64,000 nt of DNA from an uncultured Sphingobacteriaceae bacterium. GTDB lineage: Bacteria; Bacteroidota; Bacteroidia; Sphingobacteriales; Sphingobacteriaceae. The translations under genes were made by a program, and so were the position numbers. Shown here piece after piece: positions 22,101 through 29,418 of this stretch. A model generated the notes under the pieces. That model was not told where the DNA came from and made no database searches. It was given only the letters and a program-made list of their open reading frames with translations. Location of the stretch: the NCBI GenBank assembly GCA_964251965.1, contig CAXULQ010000005.1:82358-146357 (forward strand), written 5' to 3'. Numbering within the stretch: position 1 is the stretch's first letter; the number at the start of each line of letters is the position of its first letter.

Positions 22101-23182
22101 CAATTCCGGATTTGCGCATAGAACTAAGTGCATTCCGTACCCGCAACTTAAACTATCAAACCAACTTTAAATATTCGCCAATAACCAATGATATCGAAAA
22201 TTTAAGTCCGATTACTTCGGGAGATTACAGTATTTCTTATTTTACTTTGCCTACGGCTTTTTCTAAAACATCAGGTATAAACAACACTTCATCTGTTTTT
22301 CAAAAGTTTTTAGACGATCGTAGCATAGTTTCCCAAAGGCTTGGAAGGCAAAACCCGAACTCAGCCAGAACTGTAACCAATGGTTTTGCTGATGGTTATA
22401 GCGCCAACGACCAGGATGTATTGGTGCCTGCATTTTTAGCTGCCTATTCTGGTAAAAATGCCAGCACTATCGGTACGTCCAGTTTCCCTAATATCCCAAT
22501 TCCCAATTGGCAAATTACTTATAACGGATTAAGCAAAATACCTTTTTTAGCAGATATTTTTGATTCTTTTGATTTTCGGCATGGTTACCGTTCTGCTTAT
22601 AGTGTAAATGGATTTAACACTTTGCTCCGTTATTCCGAAGCCAACGGTGCTGTTAATGTCCGCGATGCCAACAATGATTTTTTACCTTTTTACCAGTATT
22701 CGCAAATCACCATTTTTGAACAGTTTGTGCCTTTACTTGGTTTTGATGCCCGTTTTAAAAACAGCATGACCGGTACTTTTGAATACCGTAAAAGCAGGAC
22801 ACTTAGTTTAAGTTTGCTAAACAGTCAGTTAACGCAGCAAAATGAAAACAATATAGTATTCGGTTTTGGTTATCACACTAATAAATTCCGTTTTCCTTTT
22901 GGGTTGTTCAGTAACCTCCAACTTAAAAACGATATGACCTTTAAACTTGATTTTGCCCTAACGGATAATAAAACAGTGATTTATCGGCCAGACGTACAGG
23001 AAGCAGATATTTCATCAGGTGCAAAAAATATAACAGTGCGGCCTTCTATCAATTATGTCATCAATCAGCGGTTTAATATGCAGTTGTTTTACGATTCTAA
23101 CATCACCAAGCCTTACACATCACAATCTTTTAACACAGCTTTTACCAATTTTGGTGTTAATTTGAAGTTGCTTTTTCAGTAA
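16127..23182 (+). CDS. sprA: type IX secretion system / gliding motility protein SprA
   Basis: 2351 aa with a signal peptide and a huge beta-rich outer-membrane protein ending in an aromatic C-terminus (LKLLFQ). Size and composition match SprA of Bacteroidota. Start uncertain (GTG 16127 or ATG 16148). Confidence 0.85.
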   Translation: MKLFTRTMMCGAYCIIAFCYSIKVYAQQASAGSGKNDTVKIKSPIVDQQSRNQQLRQGFVLPDPPNLVKTVEYDPATNSYILSERVGNFLYRPQRYLTYSEYLRLKQNNEIKENWKQLSDKYAKDSQQPGFIPQIKIRSKTFEQIFGSDVIDIRPQGSAEAIFAGQINKNENPLFNTRQRNQGSFNFDQRIQMNVTGSIGDRLKISTSYNTEAQFQFENQLKLDYTGKPDQIIQKIEAGTVSMPLPTSLISGSQALFGVKTKLQFGKLNVTSIFSQQQSQSRQITISNGSQQGNFNLSPADYEANRHYFLSQYFRNNYNKALANIPIISSNVTITKIEVWVTNRSNTTKDSRDILAFLDLGEYSPYNTSVVRGGPGFSALPAGFQGPGFTQQSNNLLQNLPANARLTNSNDVANYFQSSGRTDNYGKLTYARKLTSTEFILHPQLGYISLNYPLNNDEVLAVAYRYTNNGVEYQVGEFSTDIPVDPNMPKVLYTKLLKNELLKTSLPTWDLMMKNIYTLGAYQISPNDFKLTIARLDDKSSIEKPIMGEGQKTTGKLWIQLTGLDNLNQQSAKQPDGYFDFLEGITIDSQNGRITFPVIEPFGADLAKQFNPVTEQDLISRYVYQSLYDSTKTIAQQFFPQLNRYIIRGTYSSQSGSEFQLNAINIPQGSVVVTAGTLRLTEGSDYTVDYNIGRIRIINQALLTSGQPINIKLESNELYGIQQKSLYGSRFDYKLSNKLNLGGTIMHLTEQPITQKISIGDESISNTIYGFDGTYSSSSRLLTRLVDKLPFISTKAPSTVSFSGEFAQLLPGHPAALNFAGSNGTAYLDDFENSSSLIDIKSAVNWQLSGTPQLFPESQLNDNLSYGYNRARLAFYNIDPIFYDRANSQAPPLPDSRNELSNHFVREVLEQEVFPYKQSVTGQPLSLPTLDLAFYPKVRGPYNFATSGINNDGTLQNPQSRWGGIFRKMDSNDFESLNVQYIEFWVLDPFIYKPTSPGGDLYFNLGSISEDILKDGRKSLENGLPADGDVSKVDTTAWGRVPKLQPVVQSFDNDPSARALQDVGLDGMADADERQKYAPFIQQIHSVLNSTAYSQINNDPSSDNYLYFRGGQYDEANAGILRRYSQYNGTEGNSKTTEQSKAQLGLDNSASTSLPDGEDVNRDNNMSQADEYFQYKVSIRPQDMVVGKNFIADKVTSQVKLTNGNTQAVTWYQFRVPINGYQSKVGNIEDFKAIRFIRMFMTNFADTAILRFARLQLIRGEWRAFNTENSTTNIIADPAIVNPSLDNSTIDVSTVNIEENGNRTPIPYVVPPGITRQRDFNNYTTNTLLNEQSLQTTVKNLRDGYSKATFKTFNNDLRQYKELDMFIHAEGAQLQNGDVSAFIRLGVDYIDNYYEYEIPLQITPATTRDPDAIWPASNKLALQLSVLTRAKTARNNAMLNGAPWPLNLPFTFTDGANKVTIKGQPDLSRLKTIMLGVRNPYKGNSPPGKDDGLDKSAIVWFDELRLTNFKEQGGWAATGRFNAKLADLGDVSIAGSKSTIGFGTLDSRISDRSLSDNQSVDVSANMELGKFFPAKSGIKIPVYVNYSNQKITPEYDPASPDIDLKSELAQVSKAKKDSIINVVEDYTVRKSFNLTNIHKAKTAPNAKSHIWDVENLSATYVYTEYEHHDFITENAFQKTYIVGLNYIYNNQPKFYSPFQKIIKSNLLKLFKDFNFSILPSRLNFSINLNRFYSENTLRNNDPENFIAIPTTYNKNFLISRVYGIGWNLSKSLQMDFDATNLGVIDEPAGRINGLKQDTLWNNLKKLGRTTNYTHTINFNYTTPINKIPGLDWTNMTMRYSTQFNWNSQAQFSLNNPAFDVGNTIQNSRTIQLNPVLNFIGLYNKIPILKKANEADQGGLGNLLLHIITSVKNISGTYTRTEGTFLPGYLPKTKFFGEDLNYNAPGIGFLLGSQADIRSRAISNGWISTDTLQNQLFTKTLNEDLRLRGVLEPIPDLRIELSAFRTRNLNYQTNFKYSPITNDIENLSPITSGDYSISYFTLPTAFSKTSGINNTSSVFQKFLDDRSIVSQRLGRQNPNSARTVTNGFADGYSANDQDVLVPAFLAAYSGKNASTIGTSSFPNIPIPNWQITYNGLSKIPFLADIFDSFDFRHGYRSAYSVNGFNTLLRYSEANGAVNVRDANNDFLPFYQYSQITIFEQFVPLLGFDARFKNSMTGTFEYRKSRTLSLSLLNSQLTQQNENNIVFGFGYHTNKFRFPFGLFSNLQLKNDMTFKLDFALTDNKTVIYRPDVQEADISSGAKNITVRPSINYVINQRFNMQLFYDSNITKPYTSQSFNTAFTNFGVNLKLLFQ

Positions 23183-23193
23183 TACCAGTTTTT

Positions 23194-23245
23194 ATGGTAT
23201 AAAAAAAGCATGCCTGATTATTACCAAACATGCTTCTTTTACCAT
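23194..23245. terminator. bidirectional hairpin from two inverted motif copies
   Basis: atggtataaaaaaagcatg (23194-23212) and catgcttcttttaccat (23229-23245) are imperfectly complementary. Lies between convergent sprA and the OMP gene. Confidence 0.5.
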
Positions 23246-23255
23246 AGAAAATTAC

Positions 23256-23834
23256 TTATTTCAAATCGCCCCTAACTTTGTTTACTGTAGTCCTTCCTGG
23301 CAAATAAACCTGGAAACCAAAATTTAAAGCAAGGGCACTTGAGTAACCATTGTTACCAAAACCGGCCACAGCATTATATTTAAGCAAAGTTTCTAAACCG
23401 ATGCTTGGTGTAATAAAATACGCAAAACCTGGTCCGAAGCCAAAGCCTAAACCGTTAGTATTGCCACCGCTGCCAGAGTAGTTTACTCCTTCAATTCCGA
23501 TGTTCGCTTCACCAAAAATACGGCCGTGTTTAACAATTTCTGTTCCTGCACCGCTGTATTTGCGGGCCAATGCGCCAATGCCATAATTAACGGTAGAACC
23601 TGCGCCAGTGGCAGTTGCAATTCCAAAGTTTACGTATCCACCCAAAGCAGTGTTATCTTGTATAAACCATGCTGCTTTTGGAGAAATCGTACCTGTGAAG
23701 TTACCGCCCTTTTCTAAACTTAAATTTAAATTCGCCAGGTCTCCCCCAATTAAAACATTGCCTTTTTGGATTTGGGCTTTTGCAGTAAATAGCAATCCGA
23801 ATATTGCAAATCCTGCTAATGTAATCTTTTTCAT
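23256..23834 (-). CDS. small outer-membrane beta-barrel protein
   Basis: Signal peptide, alternating Gly/aromatic beta-strand pattern, 192 aa. Confidence 0.65.
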   Translation of the reverse strand: MKKITLAGFAIFGLLFTAKAQIQKGNVLIGGDLANLNLSLEKGGNFTGTISPKAAWFIQDNTALGGYVNFGIATATGAGSTVNYGIGALARKYSGAGTEIVKHGRIFGEANIGIEGVNYSGSGGNTNGLGFGFGPGFAYFITPSIGLETLLKYNAVAGFGNNGYSSALALNFGFQVYLPGRTTVNKVRGDLK

Positions 23835-23971
23835 TGTAGTAGTTTTTATTATAGTTTAACAATGCCGTAATAACAAAACCTTAAAACCTTGGTTTTAACT
23901 TTTATGTAATTATTATGTGATACTTCTGCAATTAAAAGTTTGGCAAGTTCAGTTTCTAATCGTGTTTTTAT

Positions 23972-23979
23972 TAATTTTG
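23972..23979 (+). promoter_or_regulatory. candidate -7 box (TAATTTTG) for gcvH
   Basis: Exact TAnnTTTG 13 nt upstream of ATG 23993. No well-spaced -33 TTTG found. Confidence 0.3.
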
Positions 23980-23992
23980 GGAAAAAAAGAAC

Positions 23993-24373
23993 ATGAAATT
24001 TCCTTCAGAATTAAAATATACCAAAGACCATGAGTGGGTGAGGGTTGATGGCAATACGGCTTATATCGGCATTACAGATTTTGCACAACACGAGCTGGGA
24101 GATATCGTTTATATAGATATTAATACCGTTGGCGAGCAAGTTGCCAAAGAAAGTATATTTGGTACGGTGGAAGCTGTAAAAACAGTTTCTGATTTATTTA
24201 TGCCGGTTAGCGGAGAAGTTTTAGAAGTTAATGCCGAACTGGATGCTAAGCCTGAATTGGTTAATTCTGACCCTTTTGGTGATGGCTGGATGGTAAAAAT
24301 CTTGGTTTCAGATCCGGCAGAATTAGATGAACTTTTATCGGCAGAAAGTTATAAAGCTTTAATAGGCGCTTAA
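23993..24373 (+). CDS. gcvH: glycine cleavage system protein H
   Basis: 126 aa with the lipoyl-lysine motif [10 protein letters not shown]. Confidence 0.92.
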   Translation: MKFPSELKYTKDHEWVRVDGNTAYIGITDFAQHELGDIVYIDINTVGEQVAKESIFGTVEAVKTVSDLFMPVSGEVLEVNAELDAKPELVNSDPFGDGWMVKILVSDPAELDELLSAESYKALIGA

Positions 24374-24768
24374 TGCAGAAACTATTAAAATACCAGAGCC
24401 TTACCTTAATCTGGGCTTTGTTTATTTTTATTATCTGTTGCGTTTCTTTAGGAAAAGTAGGCGAATCGCATTTGTTTTTTAAAGGCTTTGATAAACTCAC
24501 ACATACAGGTTTATTTTTTGTGCTTACCATTTTTACTTTTTATGGTTTAATCCGTAAACAGCAACACATTAAATTCCCGGCATCTGTATTTATAGCTGTA
24601 TTAATGGTTATGTTTTTGTTCGGCGGCACAATTGAGCTTCTGCAATGGAAAATCTTTACTTACCGCAGTGCAGAGTGGGACGATCTTTTTTGCGATGTGC
24701 TGGGTTCTTTAATGGGTATTTTCAGTATTTTAGTAACTACGTATGCCATACAAGCTCAAAAACAATAA
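24373..24768 (+). CDS. VanZ-family membrane protein
   Basis: 131 aa, four hydrophobic helices, FDKLTHTGLF motif. Start overlaps the gcvH stop. Confidence 0.7.
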   Translation: MQKLLKYQSLTLIWALFIFIICCVSLGKVGESHLFFKGFDKLTHTGLFFVLTIFTFYGLIRKQQHIKFPASVFIAVLMVMFLFGGTIELLQWKIFTYRSAEWDDLFCDVLGSLMGIFSILVTTYAIQAQKQ

Positions 24769-24880
24769 ACAACTATTAGCCGCATCTTTTCTTGCAGTAA
24801 TGTTATTTTCTTCCTGCGGATTGTTCCACAAAAAATGCAATTGCCCGCATTTTCGCTATAATTCCTATCAGCGGCAGTAA
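24743..24880 (+). CDS. possible 45-aa lipoprotein (not in ORF track, below size cutoff)
   Basis: Translates MPYKLKNNKQLLAASFLAVMLFSSCGLFHKKCNCPHFRYNSYQRQ. It has a basic n-region, a hydrophobic core, a lipobox-like FSSC, and a Cys-rich mature tail. Overlaps the vanZ 3-prime end by 26 nt. Confidence 0.3.
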   Translation: MPYKLKNNKQLLAASFLAVMLFSSCGLFHKKCNCPHFRYNSYQRQ

Positions 24881-24922
24881 TCGTTTTTCATCTAAAACTT
24901 TAATAAACATCAATTTTATGTT

Positions 24923-24936
24923 GATAAAAGAAGCAT
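24923..24936 (-). repeat. abundant-oligomer copy (gataaaagaagcat), spacer upstream of feoA
   Basis: Exact 14/14 core; gttgataaaagaagcatc resembles the arm at 227-244. Confidence 0.6.
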
Positions 24937-25021
24937 CAATAATTACAAAAAGATTATTAACTCTTATTTGGATTTAATTTAAATAAGGTTTAGCTTTACG
25001 GTATAATTTGTATTTTTATCC

Positions 25022-25237
25022 ATGAAGCTATCGCAACTAACAATAGGCAAAAAAGGTATCATCAAAGAATTTACCGATTTGGAAATGTCTGTTAAACTGA
25101 TGGAAATGGGTTGTTTGCCGGGCGAGGAAATCAGCATCCAACGCATTGCGCCGCTTGGCGACCCGATTGCCATTAATGTTTCCGGTTACCAGTTAAGTTT
25201 GCGCAAACGCGAAGCATCTACCATTATATTACAATAA
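25022..25237 (+). CDS. feoA: ferrous iron transport protein A
   Basis: 71-aa SH3-like FeoA directly upstream of feoB. Confidence 0.85.
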   Translation: MKLSQLTIGKKGIIKEFTDLEMSVKLMEMGCLPGEEISIQRIAPLGDPIAINVSGYQLSLRKREASTIILQ

Positions 25238-25243
25238 TTTGCG

Positions 25244-27361
25244 TTGAAGGCTGATTTAAAAGTTGCATTAATAGGGAACCCAAATACCGGCAAATCCACG
25301 CTTTTTAATGTTTTAACCGGCCTTAACCAAAAAGTAGGCAACTTCCCCGGTGTTACGGTTGATAAAAAAACCGGTTTTTCTTTGTTAAACGATGGCCGCC
25401 GCGCCCAAATCATCGATCTTCCCGGAACTTACAGTTTATATCCGAAAAGTAAAGACGAGTCTATCGTTTTTTCTGTTCTGGCCGATCATTTCAACCCGCA
25501 CTATCCTGATCTGGTGATCGTTATCCTTGATGCTTCTAATTTAAAACGGAACCTGTTGCTTTACACGCAGGTTGCCGATTTAAAAATCCCGGTTATTTTG
25601 GCTTTGAACATGATGGATTTGGCCTCTAAATCCGGCTTAAACATCAACATTAATTTGCTTTCAAAAAAATTAGGGGTTCCCGTTGTGCCGATTTCTGCCC
25701 GCAAAGCCGAAGGAATTGATGTGCTAAAAGAAGCAATCGGTTATGCCAATAAATTTGCTTTGCAGGAAGATACGATTGATGTGGAACAATTAGCGCCGGA
25801 ACTGATCAGCAGCATCCGCGAAGAAATCAACGTAGAAAATAATTATTACGCTTTGCAACTGGCGCACCAGCACGAATATTTGCCGTTTTTATCGCCGCAG
25901 CAAAACGACCGGATTGAAACTTTGGAGGAGGAGCACAGCTTTCATTCGCAAAAATCTCAGGCTACAGAAACCATTGCGCGTTATAATTTTATAAACGATG
26001 TGCTTTTTGATGTGGTTACCCGAAAAGATCATTTTGCGGAAGAAGAAAGTTACAGCAACAAAATCGACCGGGTTCTCACCCACAAAATCTTCGGTTTCGT
26101 TATTTTCTTCGCCGTCCTGATGTTCATCTTTCAGGCAATTTTCTCCTGGTCGGCTTACCCGATGACGCTGGTTGAAAATCTGTTTACCTGGTTAACTTCC
26201 ACACTTCACGGCATACTTCCGGCCGGCCCGCTAACCAGTTTATTGTTGGATGGTGTAATTGCCGGGTTAAGCGGCGTGCTGGTTTTTATCCCGCAGATCG
26301 CTATTTTGTTTGCTTTTATTTCGATTTTGGAAGATACCGGTTACATGTCCCGCATTACGTTTATGATGGACCGCATTATGCGTAAAGTCGGTTTAAACGG
26401 AAAATCGGTTGTGCCGCTGATTGGCGGTTTTGCCTGCGCCGTGCCTTCCATCATGAGCACACGCACCATCGAAAACTGGAAAGACCGCATGATCACCATC
26501 ATGGTTACGCCGCTGATTACCTGTTCTGCACGTTTGCCGGTTTACACTTTGCTCATTTCGCTCGTTGTTCCTAATCGAAACATTTGGTGGCTTTTTAATT
26601 TACAAGGTTTGGCCATGATGGCGATGTACTTGTTCAGCGTAGTTTCCGCAGTGGTGGTTGCGTTTGTTTTTAAGCTGATTTTAAAAAGCCGCGAACGTGG
26701 TTATTTCATCATGGAACTGCCCGTTTACCGGATGCCGCGCTGGAAAAACGTAGGTTTAACGATGTACGAACGGTCAAAAACTTTTGTGATCCAGGCGGGG
26801 AAAGTTATCATTGCCGTTTCAATAATTTTATGGGTAATGGAATCGTACGGGCCGGGAAAACGGATGGAACAGATCGAGCAGAAATACAGCAATGCTTCTT
26901 TTACGGCACAAAAATCAGCAACGGAATTAGAACGTTTAAAAGCTACCGAAAAAAAAGAAAATTCCTACGCAGGTATTTTAGGCCACGTGATCGAGCCGGC
27001 AATCCGCCCTTTAGGTTTTGATTGGAAAATTGGCATCGCCTTGATAACTTCCATTGCTGCACGCGAGGTTTTTGTGGGAACGATGGCCACCATTTACAGT
27101 GTTGACGGCAATGCCGATAAACTGGATTCGGTTTTAGACAAGATGAAACACGCTAAAAATCCTGAAACCGGTTTGCCGGTTTTTACCTTCGCCGTCGCCA
27201 TGTCGCTCATGATGTTTTACGCCTTTGCCATGCAATGCGCCAGCACGGTTGCCGTGGTTTATCGGGAAACCAAAGAGTGGAAATGGCCGGTTATTCAGTT
27301 TGCTTACATGACGGTTTTGGCTTATGCCGCAAGTTTTATAACTTTCCACTTGTTAAAATAA
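25244..27361 (+). CDS. feoB: ferrous iron transporter FeoB
   Basis: N-terminal GTPase G1 GNPNTGKST, G4 NMMD, and a C-terminal polytopic membrane domain. 705 aa, TTG start in track. Confidence 0.92.
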   Translation: MKADLKVALIGNPNTGKSTLFNVLTGLNQKVGNFPGVTVDKKTGFSLLNDGRRAQIIDLPGTYSLYPKSKDESIVFSVLADHFNPHYPDLVIVILDASNLKRNLLLYTQVADLKIPVILALNMMDLASKSGLNININLLSKKLGVPVVPISARKAEGIDVLKEAIGYANKFALQEDTIDVEQLAPELISSIREEINVENNYYALQLAHQHEYLPFLSPQQNDRIETLEEEHSFHSQKSQATETIARYNFINDVLFDVVTRKDHFAEEESYSNKIDRVLTHKIFGFVIFFAVLMFIFQAIFSWSAYPMTLVENLFTWLTSTLHGILPAGPLTSLLLDGVIAGLSGVLVFIPQIAILFAFISILEDTGYMSRITFMMDRIMRKVGLNGKSVVPLIGGFACAVPSIMSTRTIENWKDRMITIMVTPLITCSARLPVYTLLISLVVPNRNIWWLFNLQGLAMMAMYLFSVVSAVVVAFVFKLILKSRERGYFIMELPVYRMPRWKNVGLTMYERSKTFVIQAGKVIIAVSIILWVMESYGPGKRMEQIEQKYSNASFTAQKSATELERLKATEKKENSYAGILGHVIEPAIRPLGFDWKIGIALITSIAAREVFVGTMATIYSVDGNADKLDSVLDKMKHAKNPETGLPVFTFAVAMSLMMFYAFAMQCASTVAVVYRETKEWKWPVIQFAYMTVLAYAASFITFHLLK

Positions 27362-27376
27362 GCTTTAAATTGCCGC

Positions 27377-27991
27377 GTGGATAAAAAGGAAATCCTGAAG
27401 AATTACATGCCCGAAGCAGCCGCTTCGGTGATTGCCAAATGGATAGATTATTTTCAGTGCGAATTTAAAGTTTCCCGCAACCGCGGAACCAAATTTGGCG
27501 ATTACCGCTCGCCTTTTGGCGGAAAAGGGCACCGCATTTCTGTTAATTTCGACCTCAATTCTTACGCTTTCCTGGTAACTACGGTGCACGAATTTGCGCA
27601 TTTATATACTTGGAACCAGCATCAGCATAAAGCAAAACCACACGGTGCCGAATGGAAAACCAACTTTAAAAGAATGATGAAACCATTTTTTGAGCTGGGG
27701 ATTTTTCCTGCAGATGTAAACCTTGCCATCCGTAATTATCTGGATAATCCCGCAGCTTCCAGCTGTTCTGATCTCACTTTGTTTCGCGCCCTTAAAAAAT
27801 ATGACGTAAAAGAAGCATCTGTTATTTCCGTAGAAAAAATCCCGGCAAACGGTTTGTTTAGATGGAAAGACGGACGCGTTTTCCGCAGAGAAGAACGTTT
27901 GCGAAAGCGTTATCGCTGTGTAGAAGTGAGCACGAATCGGGTTTATTTGTTTAATCCTGTTGCAGAAGTAGAACTACTGGATAATTACTAA
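27377..27991 (+). CDS. SprT-like zinc metalloprotease domain protein
   Basis: HEFAH zinc-binding motif in a roughly 200-aa protein. Confidence 0.6.
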   Translation: MDKKEILKNYMPEAAASVIAKWIDYFQCEFKVSRNRGTKFGDYRSPFGGKGHRISVNFDLNSYAFLVTTVHEFAHLYTWNQHQHKAKPHGAEWKTNFKRMMKPFFELGIFPADVNLAIRNYLDNPAASSCSDLTLFRALKKYDVKEASVISVEKIPANGLFRWKDGRVFRREERLRKRYRCVEVSTNRVYLFNPVAEVELLDNY

Positions 27992-28011
27992 TTAAAAACA
28001 ACATATTTTTA

Positions 28012-28040
28012 TTGTTTTTCAATAAATAAAATTATATTTG
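28012..28040 (+). promoter_or_regulatory. candidate promoter for DUF2975/HTH pair (TTG-N18-TATATTTG)
   Basis: Exact TAnnTTTG at 28033-28040, 18 nt upstream of ATG 28059. Confidence 0.35.
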
Positions 28041-28058
28041 TCATCTAAATAAATCAAT

Positions 28059-28649
28059 ATGACAAGTAATAGTATTAATAATTGGCTAAAAGCTGTAAAA
28101 GTAGTTTTGTGGATATCCTTGATTGGATTCGGATTAACACTAATCAACACAACAGGACTAATTCTCACTTCAAGTGATATGTTTGCCACTGTCAAATTAA
28201 AGAAATCGGAAACAATTATTCTTGACAATGGACAGCTAAAAGCAAATGGAGGTATATTTTCCTTCAAATCTACAAATGTTATCGACCGGCTGATATTTAA
28301 ACATGTATATGGTTATCATGACTTTATACAGTCATTATTCACATTTATAACTTGTTTTATTCTTTTACTAACAGTAAATAAAGTTGATTCAAGTAGTCCG
28401 TTTAATTTGATTATAGCAAAAAGAATTTGCTTGATTGGTGTAATATATATTTTATATGGTTTAATAAGTATTGGTGCGGGGTTTTATATAGTATCAAGAA
28501 TAGAAGCTATAACTAATCAATTGACGGGTAATTATTCTAATTTCAGAGACGATTTATCTAACATTAAAGTTGGCATTTTTATATTGATTTTTTCATTGAT
28601 CTATAGAGTTGGTGTAACTTTCCAGGAAGAAAATCGATTAACTGTTTAA
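28059..28649 (+). CDS. DUF2975-like membrane protein
   Basis: 196 aa, four hydrophobic helices, AT-rich. Immediately followed by a YozG-type HTH gene, a recurrent gene pair. Confidence 0.55.
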   Translation: MTSNSINNWLKAVKVVLWISLIGFGLTLINTTGLILTSSDMFATVKLKKSETIILDNGQLKANGGIFSFKSTNVIDRLIFKHVYGYHDFIQSLFTFITCFILLLTVNKVDSSSPFNLIIAKRICLIGVIYILYGLISIGAGFYIVSRIEAITNQLTGNYSNFRDDLSNIKVGIFILIFSLIYRVGVTFQEENRLTV

Positions 28650-28651
28650 CA

Positions 28652-28858
28652 ATGCCAATTATTATAAATTTAGATGTAATGATGGCAAAGCGTAAGATAT
28701 CGCTTAATGAATTACAGCAAAAGGTAGGCATCACTTTAGCTAACTTATCTATTTTGAAAACTGGAAAAGCTAAGGCGGTTCGTTTTGAAACTTTAGAATC
28801 TATCTGTAAAGCTTTGGATTGTCAGCCCGGAGATATTTTGGAGTATCGTAAACTTTAA
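28652..28858 (+). CDS. XRE/YozG-family helix-turn-helix transcriptional regulator
   Basis: 68 aa: ISLNELQQKVGITLANLSILKTGKAKAVRFETLESICKALDCQPGDILEY. Confidence 0.8.
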   Translation: MPIIINLDVMMAKRKISLNELQQKVGITLANLSILKTGKAKAVRFETLESICKALDCQPGDILEYRKL

Positions 28859-28863
28859 CTTTC

Positions 28864-29409
28864 TTACATATCCAGCAAACTCAAATCAAATTTCGGCGGA
28901 ATGATATAACGCAGCTGCACCAAACCACTGGAGTAAGATTTATGGTTGATCAGCATTAAATCAATTTTATTTTCAGAGGCTGAAAAGAGGGTTTTTCCTC
29001 CGCCCAAAATTAAGGGATGTACAGAAACCAAAAACTCATCCACTAAATTTTCTGCCATAAAAGAAGCAACCAAATCTGCACCGCCAAACAGCCAAATGTT
29101 CCGGCCTTCCTGTTCCCGAAATTGCTGAACAAAAGCTACAAAATCAGCTTTGCGGATGATGTTAACAGCCAAATGCTCATCCTGCAAAAGTGTATCCGAA
29201 AAAACGTAAATAGCATGATTTTCAAAAAAACCAAGTCCTGTTTGTGCAATCAGCTCGTAACTTTTTCTGCCCATAAACAAAGCATCGGTATCTTCGGAAA
29301 ACTCGGTTAAACCGTAATCCTGGTCGTTTAAACACCAGTCAATTTCGCCGTTTAGCCCTTCAATAAAACCATCTAAAGTTGTGGCAATGTTTAATGTGAT
29401 TTTGCGCAT
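28864..29409 (-). CDS. dihydrofolate-reductase-like (RibD C-terminal domain) protein
   Basis: 181 aa with MRKITLNIATTLDGFI, LFGGADL and ILGGGKTLF patterns. Confidence 0.7.
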   Translation of the reverse strand: MRKITLNIATTLDGFIEGLNGEIDWCLNDQDYGLTEFSEDTDALFMGRKSYELIAQTGLGFFENHAIYVFSDTLLQDEHLAVNIIRKADFVAFVQQFREQEGRNIWLFGGADLVASFMAENLVDEFLVSVHPLILGGGKTLFSASENKIDLMLINHKSYSSGLVQLRYIIPPKFDLSLLDM

Positions 29410-29418
29410 AGATTTTTT

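Noticed and set aside
16127-23182. Giant 2351-aa ORF as a novel system
   Set aside because: Its size, signal peptide and beta-rich composition fit SprA, the known type IX secretion translocon of Bacteroidota. It is an ordinary core gene for this phylum.
23835-23992. Glycine riboswitch upstream of gcvH (and upstream of gcvT, 49500-49552)
   Set aside because: The gcvH leader is AT-rich and lacks the conserved GGAGAG...CACCG-type cores. The gcvT spacer is too short. I could not support a riboswitch.
27994-28019. aaaaacaa-N10-ttgttttt hairpin as a terminator after the SprT-like gene
   Set aside because: The stem is entirely A/T and only 8 bp, which is too weak to call. It is mentioned only as context for the AT-rich islet.
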